Shown: positions 10,580 through 17,948 of the stretch, in pieces
Numbering within the stretch: the stretch's first letter is position 1
Layout of the letters: each line of letters opens with the position of its first letter
Origin: Giardia intestinalis
Taxonomy: Eukaryota
NCBI GenBank assembly: GCA_000002435.2
Contig: CM018792.1
DNA: 64,000 nucleotides
Reading direction: 5' to 3' (one strand)
Notes under the pieces: generated by a model
Database searches by the model: none
Seen by the model: the letters and a program-made list of their open reading frames with translations, nothing else
What the model was told of the DNA's origin: nothing
Position numbers and translations under genes: made by a program

Positions 10580-13500
10580 CTACGCCTTCCCGCGGCAGAG
10601 GAACCACCAGCAAAGGAATCCGACAAGACCACCTACAATAACAATCACAGCAACAGAGATACCGGCTATGGCCCCCGTGCTGAGGCCGCTCTTGTTGACG
10701 CTTCCACCAGTGCCTACTTCTGATTCTAAGCATATGACTGAACTGCCAGATGACGACACACATTGCTTGCATCCAGAGATCTTCTCTGAGCACTTCTTGC
10801 ATAACCCAGCAGTGGTATCGTCACCGTTTTCCTTGTAATACCCAGTGGCACAGGTCTTGCACTTGTCAGCCGCATCTGCAGTCGAGCACGTAGCACAAGT
10901 AGAATGACATTCTGCACAGTTGCCATCACTTGCTGCTAAGCCATTGGCACATGTCTGACACTTACCATTGCCTCCCTGTGCATTACTACACACCTGCTTA
11001 CCAGGCTGTCTATCTGTCTGATAGCAGCCGCCGTCCTTGAGGAAGTAACCCTCATTGCATTTTGTACAGGCCCCACTTGTGATTGTTGCACAGAAGGCTA
11101 CTCGTGAACTGGCCGCACAGTTGCCGTTCAAGGGGGCTTGTTGAGTGTTCTTGCACTTTGAGCAATATGCAGTTCCTCCTATCTGAGCCCCACACTCTGC
11201 GCATCCATCGTTTGTAGAACTCACGCTGCACTGGTCCATGCACGTGCCCCCATTGACAGGAGTATTAGTATCTGTATACTGAAGCATTTTCCCAACAGGA
11301 CAGGCCGTGCACTGATTGTTGGCCGGTCCAACGCACTCAGCGCACTCAGGGTTGCATGCCTTACACTTCTTGTCAGTATCTCCGTAGTATCCGCTGATGG
11401 CTGTGCAGTCAGGTACGCATTGGTTTGTAGGGGTGAGGTAGTCGCCATCATTACATTTAGTGCAGATTTCGTTGTCTGTTTTGGGGTTGTCACAGGTCTT
11501 ACAGTTGGGAGTATTGCACGGCGCTTCTGGGTCCTTGGTGCACTGCTTCGTGTCAGTGTTGATGGTGTAGCCCGGACGGCACGTCTTGCACTGCTGGGCG
11601 TTGCCCTCCACGCAGGTCTCACAGCCCTCGACGTTGCACGGCGCTTCTGGGTCCTTGGTGCACTGCTTCGTGTCAGTGTTGATGGTGTAGCCCGGACGGC
11701 ACGTCTTGCACTGCTGGGCGTTGCCCTCCACGCAGGTCTCACAGCCCTCGACGTTGCACGGCGCTTCTGGGTCCTTGGTGCACTGCTTCGTGTCAGTGTT
11801 GATGGTGTAGCCCGGACGGCACGTCTTGCACTGCTGGGCGTTGCCCTCCACGCAGGTCTCACAGCCCTCGACGTTGCACGGCGCTTCTGGGTCCTTGGTG
11901 CACTGCTTCGTGTCAGTGTTGATGGTGTAGCCCGGACGGCACGTCTTGCACTGCTGGGCGTTGCCCTCCACGCAGGTCTCACAGCCCTCGACGTTGCACG
12001 GCGCTTCTGGGTCCTTGGTGCACTGCTTCGTGTCAGTGTTGATGGTGTAGCCCGGACGGCACGTCTTGCACTGCTGGGCGTTGCCCTCCACGCAGGTCTC
12101 ACAGCCCTCGACGTTGCACGGCGCTTCTGGGTCCTTGGTGCACTGCTTCGTGTCAGTGTTGATGGTGTAGCCCGGACGGCACGTCTTGCACTGCTGGGCG
12201 TTGCCCTCCACGCAGGTCTCACAGCCCTCGACGTTGCACGGCGCTTCTGGGTCCTTGGTGCACTGCTTCGTGTCAGTGTTGATGGTGTAGCCCGGACGGC
12301 ACGTCTTGCACTGCTGGGCGTTGCCCTCCACGCAGGTCTCACAGCCCTCGACGTTGCACGGCGCTTCTGGGTCCTTGGTGCACTGCTTCGTGTCAGTGTT
12401 GATGGTGTAGCCCGGACGGCACGTCTTGCACTGCTGGGCGTTGCCCTCCACGCAGGTCTCACAGCCCTCGACGTTGCACGGCGCTTCTGGGTCCTTGGTG
12501 CACTGCTTCGTGTCAGTGTTGATGGTGTAGCCCGGACGGCACGTCTTGCACTGCTGGGCGTTGCCCTCCACGCAGGTCTCACAGCCCTCGACGTTGCACG
12601 GCGCTTCTGGGTCCTTGGTGCACTGCTTCGTGTCAGTGTTGATGGTGTAGCCCGGACGGCACGTCTTGCACTGCTGGGCGTTGCCCTCCACGCAGGTCTC
12701 ACAGCCCTCGACGTTGCACGGCGCTTCTGGGTCCTTGGTGCACTGCTTCGTGTCAGTGTTGATGGTGTAGCCCGGACGGCACGTCTTGCACTGCTGGGCG
12801 TTGCCCTCCACGCAGGTCTCACAGCCCTCGACGTTGCACGGCGCTTCTGGGTCCTTGGTGCACTGCTTCGTGTCAGTGTTGATGGTGTAGCCCGGACGGC
12901 ACGTCTTGCACTGCTGGGCGTTGCCCTCCACGCAGGTCTCACAGCCCTCGACGTTGCACGGCGCTTCTGGGTCCTTGGTGCACTGCTTCGTGTCAGTGTT
13001 GATGGTGTAGCCCGGACGGCACGTCTTGCACTGCTGGGCGTTGCCCTCCACGCAGGTCTCACAGCCCTCGACGTTGCACGGCGCTTCTGGGTCCTTGGTG
13101 CACTGCTTCGTGTCAGTGTTGATGGTGTAGCCCGGACGGCACGTCTTGCACTGCTGGGCGTTGCCCTCCACGCAGGTCTCACAGCCCTCGACGTTGCACG
13201 GCGCTTCTGGGTCCTTGGTGCACTGCTTCGTGTCAGTGTTGATGGTGTAGCCCGGACGGCACGTCTTGCACTGCTGGGCGTTGCCCTCCACGCAGGTCTC
13301 ACAGCCCTCGACGTTGCACGGCGCTTCTGGGTCCTTGGTGCACTGCTTCGTGTCAGTGTTGATGGTGTAGCCCGGACGGCACGTCTTGCACTGCTGGGCG
13401 TTGCCCTCCACGCAGGTCTCACAGCCCTCGACGTTGCACGGCGCTTCTGGGTCCTTGGTGCACTGCTTCGTGTCAGTGTTGATGGTGTAGCCCGGACGGC

Positions 13501-14044
13501 ACGTCTTGCACTGCTGGGCGTTGCCCTCCACGCAGGTCTCACAGCCCTCGACGTTGCACGGCGCTTCTGGGTCCTTGGTGCACTGCTTCGTGTCAGTGTT
13601 GATGGTGTAGCCCGGACGGCACGTCTTGCACTGCTGGGCGTTGCCCTCCACGCAGGTCTCACAGCCCTCGACGTTGCACGGCGCTTCTGGGTCCTTGGTG
13701 CACTGCTTCGTGTCAGTGTTGATGGTGTAGCCCGGACGGCACGTCTTGCACTGCTGGGCGTTGCCCTCCACGCAGGTCTCACAGCCCTCGACGTTGCACG
13801 GCGCTTCTGGGTCCTTGGTGCACTGCTTCGTGTCAGTGTTGATGGTGTAGCCCGGACGGCACGTCTTGCACTGCTGGGCGTTGCCCTCCACGCAGGTCTC
13901 ACAGCCCTCGACGTTGCACGGCGCTTCTGGGTCCTTGGTGCACTGCTTCGTGTCAGTGTTGAGGGTGTAGCCCGGGAAGCATGTGTCCTTCCCGCTGTCC
14001 TTTGCCAGCACGGTTGCACAAACTAGGAGAAATCCTACCAACAT
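10580..14044 (-). CDS. Variant-specific surface protein (VSP) with a CRGKA tail and a 20-copy array of a 40-aa cysteine-rich repeat
   Basis: The C-terminus reads …[35 protein letters not shown]. The body is CXXC-rich. The signal-peptide start MLVGFLLVCATVLA is at 14044. The ORF track extends in-frame to 14350, but that extension is not VSP-like. The repeat unit is GYTINTDTKQCTKDPEAPCNVEGCETCVEGNAQQCKTCRP. Confidence 0.8.
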   Translation of the reverse strand: MLVGFLLVCATVLAKDSGKDTCFPGYTLNTDTKQCTKDPEAPCNVEGCETCVEGNAQQCKTCRPGYTINTDTKQCTKDPEAPCNVEGCETCVEGNAQQCKTCRPGYTINTDTKQCTKDPEAPCNVEGCETCVEGNAQQCKTCRPGYTINTDTKQCTKDPEAPCNVEGCETCVEGNAQQCKTCRPGYTINTDTKQCTKDPEAPCNVEGCETCVEGNAQQCKTCRPGYTINTDTKQCTKDPEAPCNVEGCETCVEGNAQQCKTCRPGYTINTDTKQCTKDPEAPCNVEGCETCVEGNAQQCKTCRPGYTINTDTKQCTKDPEAPCNVEGCETCVEGNAQQCKTCRPGYTINTDTKQCTKDPEAPCNVEGCETCVEGNAQQCKTCRPGYTINTDTKQCTKDPEAPCNVEGCETCVEGNAQQCKTCRPGYTINTDTKQCTKDPEAPCNVEGCETCVEGNAQQCKTCRPGYTINTDTKQCTKDPEAPCNVEGCETCVEGNAQQCKTCRPGYTINTDTKQCTKDPEAPCNVEGCETCVEGNAQQCKTCRPGYTINTDTKQCTKDPEAPCNVEGCETCVEGNAQQCKTCRPGYTINTDTKQCTKDPEAPCNVEGCETCVEGNAQQCKTCRPGYTINTDTKQCTKDPEAPCNVEGCETCVEGNAQQCKTCRPGYTINTDTKQCTKDPEAPCNVEGCETCVEGNAQQCKTCRPGYTINTDTKQCTKDPEAPCNVEGCETCVEGNAQQCKTCRPGYTINTDTKQCTKDPEAPCNVEGCETCVEGNAQQCKTCRPGYTINTDTKQCTKDPEAPCNVEGCETCVEGNAQQCKTCRPGYTINTDTKQCTKDPEAPCNTPNCKTCDNPKTDNEICTKCNDGDYLTPTNQCVPDCTAISGYYGDTDKKCKACNPECAECVGPANNQCTACPVGKMLQYTDTNTPVNGGTCMDQCSVSSTNDGCAECGAQIGGTAYCSKCKNTQQAPLNGNCAASSRVAFCATITSGACTKCNEGYFLKDGGCYQTDRQPGKQVCSNAQGGNGKCQTCANGLAASDGNCAECHSTCATCSTADAADKCKTCATGYYKENGDDTTAGLCKKCSEKISGCKQCVSSSGSSVICLESEVGTGGSVNKSGLSTGAIAGISVAVIVIVGGLVGFLCWWFLCRGKA
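11515..13980. repeat. Tandem array of 20 units of 120 bp, 100% identical at the nucleotide level (11521-13920), plus a diverged partial 21st unit. It lies in the coding sequence of the VSP.
   Basis: Every pair of 60-nt sequence lines from 11521 to 13920 is letter-for-letter identical (gcgcttctgggtccttggtgcactgcttcg…gacgttgcacg). The unit at 13921-13980 differs (gagggtgtagcccgggaagc). Confidence 0.95.
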
Positions 14045-15079
14045 TAGCCGGAGTTCGTGTGCTACTGCTTTTTCATCAGGCTGATGTGTTGCCGCGAGCA
14101 GTGAGAGGCAACCGCTCTTGCTCTCTTGATCAGTTGGACTGGAGGAGGACGAGATAGGAGCACACCCATCGGAGGCTAGTTGATAGTGCAGTTCCCCTTG
14201 ACTTCGATAGGAACAGGATCGGTGAGGGCCAGACTCAGATCGCACCTCTCTTGTGGAATGATTGTTCGGGGTGCACTCCTGTACATTGCTGTCGCTGTGC
14301 TCGTTGGCTTCCTCTGCAGGGGCAGGGCGTCCCGGTAGTAAATGCGTCACATTACATCTGCTCGCTCCATGGCCTCTGCGGCGCTATTCTATAAAGCTGC
14401 TGATTAGAGATCTCTAAGCGAATGCTCTCACTGGTCACAAGGGAGCAGAAGATAGACCCCAATAACTTTCGCTTCTCATCTGACCACCACGAGCCTGTTG
14501 CTTTCCATCCACGCCTCTCTTCCCCCGGACCGGCCTCGTGCTCCTTCGTCCAGCGCACCATATTGGAGTACACAGCCTCCTGTGCTGCCTGGCCGCAGGG
14601 TCCGCTGACGTGTGGGCCTACTCGCCCCAGACCCCATTGCAGAGCCAAAGGCTTCAGCGGAGAGACGTGCTCAGGTGCACCGCCAGACAGTGTCTCGGCG
14701 CCCCGTGACCACCTGGATCCATCCCCGGAGGTAACAGATGCAGCTCCGCCCTATGAGGGGGAGAGCGCCGGCGGCTGACTCCGCGACTGCAGTGCTCCAC
14801 ATAGGGACAGCCGGGCCATCCTCTGGCTCTCTGGACGGCAAGCGTGTGCCGAGCAGGAGGCGTCGGTGGACCGTGGCCCTCCACAGACTGGGTAGGTGGC
14901 CAGTGCCGGGGCTCGTCAACCATGGTGAGCTAGCTGATCGGGTGTCTCCCTACCGCATGGCTGGGACGTACAGAATAGCTCTGGACAGAACGCCAGACGC
15001 GAAGGAGCCGTCTCGCACAGGGCAGCCCCACGCTGCGGCCTATTTTCATTTAACCCCGCCTCGCTTGCCCGCGCCCCGG

Positions 15080-16225
15080 ATGGCTCTTTCGTTCCAGTTC
15101 ACCCTGTCGCAGACCCCCGAGGCCCTCACGGCCTGCGTGCGGGTCCCGGCGGGCGTGCCGCCGCGGTCGCTCGAGGTGACGGTCACCGACCTGTGCATCA
15201 CGATCTCTGCGCCGGAGCGCTACGTCTCCAACATAGACCTCTACGACGCCGTCCAGCTGGAGAACGCGCGCTGCAAGTTCAGCGACGGATGCCTCGTGGT
15301 CCACCTCCTGAAGAAGACCCCGGGCACGTGGGCTGCGCTGGAGTTCGACGGGAGCCCCGAGGAGGCCGCGAGGCGCCGCGAGGAGTCCTATGCGCGGTAT
15401 GATGCATACGTCCGGGAGCAGGCCAGGAGGGAGGCAGAGGCCGCGGCGGCCGAGAAGCGCAGGCAGGTCGACGCGGACATCGAGGCCCGCCAGCGGCAGG
15501 CCGGCGAGGAGCGGAGGATGCGCGAGCAGCAGGTCTCGGCTCTGCGGCGGCAGGTGGAGGAGGCCCCGGACGAGGCGCCGAGGCCCCCCGCCGACCCCGA
15601 GGCCCGGATGCCTGCGGTGCGCACAGAGAGCACGGTGGTCATCGAGGCGTCCTTCACGAGGCGCACGGTCGCCGTCCCCGCGCGCGACGGGCGGGACATC
15701 TACGCAGACGGGCAGCTGGGGCCGGTCGCAGGGGCTGCCCAGCATCCGCCCCCCGGCGAGGCCGACGTGAAGGCCGGCGAGCACCGGCGCCGCCTCACCC
15801 CGTACGAGCTCCTCGACCAGGCGAAGAGGCTCGCCACGCGGGGCGTCGGGGCAGACCTCCCGGCCGCCATGGAGCTCGCGGGCCAGGCGAGGGAGCAGCT
15901 TCCCCTGAGCATGGACGCCGTCGTCCTCTACGCCTCCCTCTCCCTGCGCGAGGGGCGCTACGAGCAGGCCCTCGAGGCGACGGACGCAGGCCTCACGGTT
16001 CTGGGCGGAAGGCACCCGCTGCAGCAGAGCAGGGAGCCCCCGGTCTACAGCAGGGAGCTCCGGAGCGCCGTCCACGCGCTGAGGGGGGCAGCCCTGGCGC
16101 AGGCGAAGCGGGTGCGCGAGGCCCTGGCCCACACCGAGGCTGCGCTCGAGCTCACCCCCGACAACGAGGGGCTCGCCCGCGACGCCCACCTGCTCCGGGA
16201 GATCGTCGCCCAGGTGCTCGCGTAG
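15080..16225 (+). CDS. DNAAF4/DYX1C1-like protein with an N-terminal CS (p23/HSP20-like) domain, a charged coiled-coil region and C-terminal TPR repeats
   Basis: From Met 115 of ORF 14738-16225 the sequence reads MALSFQFTLSQTPEALTACVRVPAGV…LEVTVTDLCITISAPERYVSNIDLYDAVQLENARCKFSDGCLVVHLLKKTPGTWAALEF. This matches the CS-domain pattern of human DYX1C1 (…KGVCVRDTDV…IVFTLYKKEAAMWETL). An R/E/A-rich coiled coil follows, and C-terminal TPR-like helices read …AVVLYASLSLREGRYEQALEATDAGL… The upstream 114 codons are R/P-rich and not protein-like. An AT-rich initiator (tattttcatttaa) lies about 35 nt upstream of the ATG. Confidence 0.6.
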   Translation: MALSFQFTLSQTPEALTACVRVPAGVPPRSLEVTVTDLCITISAPERYVSNIDLYDAVQLENARCKFSDGCLVVHLLKKTPGTWAALEFDGSPEEAARRREESYARYDAYVREQARREAEAAAAEKRRQVDADIEARQRQAGEERRMREQQVSALRRQVEEAPDEAPRPPADPEARMPAVRTESTVVIEASFTRRTVAVPARDGRDIYADGQLGPVAGAAQHPPPGEADVKAGEHRRRLTPYELLDQAKRLATRGVGADLPAAMELAGQAREQLPLSMDAVVLYASLSLREGRYEQALEATDAGLTVLGGRHPLQQSREPPVYSRELRSAVHALRGAALAQAKRVREALAHTEAALELTPDNEGLARDAHLLREIVAQVLA

Positions 16226-16265
16226 CCGCCCGTCTGTAAACTAGCCGGCCTTAAAAATCGCGGCC

Positions 16266-17525
16266 ATGGACGGCGCCCCGCACCTGGTCTTCCACGCGCC
16301 CGTTGGAGAGGCAGACGCGACGACGGCCCTCACCAAGCAGCTGGCAAACGCGTTCCCGGGCCGGCTCTCTGTCGACGTGACCTCCTCCCTCTCGAGGCCG
16401 CTTCCCGAGCGCGCCCTGCTTGTCGTCTCTGCGGGGCTGGAGACCCTCAGCCAGGCAGACGTCCAGGCGATCAAGGGCCACAGGCGCTCCGGCGGCCCCG
16501 TGCTCGTCATGGTCGCCGACGCGGCCCGGACCCGCTTTTCCGAGCACGCCGAGAAGATGCTCAACGAGCTGGGGATCTCGGGCATCAGGGCAGACCCCGT
16601 GATATCCTCCGTCCACACCCCCGGCCTGTACCACCCGACGCACCTGCTCCTCACCGCCTCGTCCTTCGTCTGCTCCTCGCTGCTCACCAAGCTGGAGAAG
16701 GCGCGCCCCGCGGCGGAGGCCCGCGACGTCTCCGTCGTCTACCCCTGCGGGACGTCGTTCGCAGTCAACCCGAGCCTGGCGGCCGTCGTGCTCTCGTCGG
16801 GCGACAGCGCGTTCCCGCCGAACCAGCCCGTCGCGGCCGCCCTGCGCGAGGACGGCGCCGCGAGGCTCGGCCGGTGCGTGGTGCTCGGCACGTCGCGGAT
16901 GTTCGCCGACGGCTTCCTCGCGAGGTTCGACAACCGCGCCCTCTTCGAGCTGGTCCTCCAGTACCTCCTGCGCCACCCGGACGCGCCCGCCCTCGCCTCT
17001 GCCGCAAACGTGAACGAGTCCCTCCTGGGAGGGGCCGAGGAGTCCGTTTACATCCCAGACACGCAGACGGTCGCGCTGAACATGCGCGCCTGCCTGCACG
17101 CCCCCGACGCGCTTCCAGACGACTTCACAGACCTCCTGGACACCGTCCCGTCGGCGAACCCGAGCATCCTGCCGCAGGTCTCGGCCCTGTACGAGAAGAT
17201 GGGATTCAGCAGGTCGGAGCCCACGCTGAAGCTGGTGAACCCCAGCTTTGAGAAGCCCACGCCGCCCCTCATCCCGGCGGTCCACTTCCCCGTCCTCCCC
17301 GACCCGCCCGGGGCGCCCCTGCTGGAGCTGTTCGACCTGGACACAGAGCTGGCCAGCGAGCAGACGCGCCTGAACAAGCTCGCGTCCAAGTGCACAAACA
17401 GCGACGTCGAGTTCTTCCTCCGGCAGGCCGGGGACCTCCTGAACATAGGCGGCTCGCCGAAGGAGATCCTGTACCACGTGCTTGTCTCCACGGTCAACTT
17501 CAAGAAGGGCATGGCCGGCAAGTGA
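16266..17525 (+). CDS. IFT52: Intraflagellar transport protein 52 (IFT-B core)
   Basis: Several blocks match animal IFT52 as recalled. VLVMVADAARTRFSEHAEKMLNELGI matches VFVMLGEGGESRFDTNINFLLEEYGI. VYPCGTSFAVNPSLAAVVLSSGDS…GRCVVLGTSRMFADGFL matches VYPFGATLSVMKPAVAVLSTGS…GKLAVLGSCHMFSDQYL. PLLELFDLDTELASEQTRLNKLASKCTNSDVEFFLRQAGDLLNI matches PPLELFDLDETFSSEKARLAQITNKCTEEDLEFYVRKCGDILGV. Confidence 0.85.
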   Translation: MDGAPHLVFHAPVGEADATTALTKQLANAFPGRLSVDVTSSLSRPLPERALLVVSAGLETLSQADVQAIKGHRRSGGPVLVMVADAARTRFSEHAEKMLNELGISGIRADPVISSVHTPGLYHPTHLLLTASSFVCSSLLTKLEKARPAAEARDVSVVYPCGTSFAVNPSLAAVVLSSGDSAFPPNQPVAAALREDGAARLGRCVVLGTSRMFADGFLARFDNRALFELVLQYLLRHPDAPALASAANVNESLLGGAEESVYIPDTQTVALNMRACLHAPDALPDDFTDLLDTVPSANPSILPQVSALYEKMGFSRSEPTLKLVNPSFEKPTPPLIPAVHFPVLPDPPGAPLLELFDLDTELASEQTRLNKLASKCTNSDVEFFLRQAGDLLNIGGSPKEILYHVLVSTVNFKKGMAGK

Positions 17526-17540
17526 ATGGTGCCCGCGGGC

Positions 17541-17915
17541 TCAGTAGTAGTAGACGGCATACAGGTTGGCGATGCAGATGATGTCGTCGTTCTGGTACAC
17601 GTGGCGGAGCTCCGCGTCGGCGTCGGCGTCGAAGTAGCACTTGTTCTCGCTCCGGATGCCCTGGCCCTTCTGGCCGATGATGGTCACGGAGACGCAGATC
17701 TTGAACCTGCTGTCCGAGATGAGCCGCACCTTGGCCCGGATCTCGTCTGCGAGCTCCTTGGACACCTTGGCGCAGTCCTCGGAGTCGTACTGCCGCCCGC
17801 GCAGCCGCCTCTCCACGATCTGCTTCATCTCCTCGTGGGCCTTCTGCCGGTCGAACCTTTTGGCCGGCGCCGAGGGACGCGCAAGCTCCGTGATCTCTGT
17901 TCGGATGGTATCCAT
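17541..17915 (-). CDS. Tctex-1 family dynein light chain (DYNLT)
   Basis: The C-terminal half reads FKICVSVTIIGQKGQGIRSENKCYFDADADAELRHVYQNDDIICIANLYAVYYY. This matches the Tctex1 signature [51 protein letters not shown]. It is 124 aa long. It is convergent with IFT52, with the two stops 15 nt apart. Confidence 0.75.
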   Translation of the reverse strand: MDTIRTEITELARPSAPAKRFDRQKAHEEMKQIVERRLRGRQYDSEDCAKVSKELADEIRAKVRLISDSRFKICVSVTIIGQKGQGIRSENKCYFDADADAELRHVYQNDDIICIANLYAVYYY

Positions 17916-17948
17916 TTTTTGATTATAAATTATGTCAGGATTGAGTAG

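Noticed and set aside
11515-13980. Reading the regular 120-bp repeats as a CRISPR array
   Set aside because: The units are contiguous with no spacers. They sit in-frame inside a eukaryotic cysteine-rich coding sequence. The whole window is eukaryotic.
11221-14026. Long ORFs 11221-14019 (-, 932 aa) and 11420-14026 (+, 868 aa) that overlap the VSP
   Set aside because: They are alternate reading frames held open only because the 120-bp unit is perfectly repeated. Their translations (RATPSTLTRSSAPRTQKR… and ARRFWVLGALLRVSVDG…) are periodic and low-complexity, with no signal peptide or Cys pattern. The CXXC/CRGKA frame is the real one.
14045-14350. N-terminal 102-codon extension of the VSP ORF to 14350
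   Set aside because: The extension (MTHLLPGRPAPAEEANEH…) is not VSP-like. VSPs begin directly with a signal peptide, which is found at the internal Met at 14044.
15050-17477. Antisense ORFs 15050-16189 (-, 379 aa) and 16251-17477 (-, 408 aa)
   Set aside because: They are R/G/P/L-rich translations typical of the opposite strand of GC-rich coding DNA. The plus-strand partners have clear CS/TPR and IFT52 homology.
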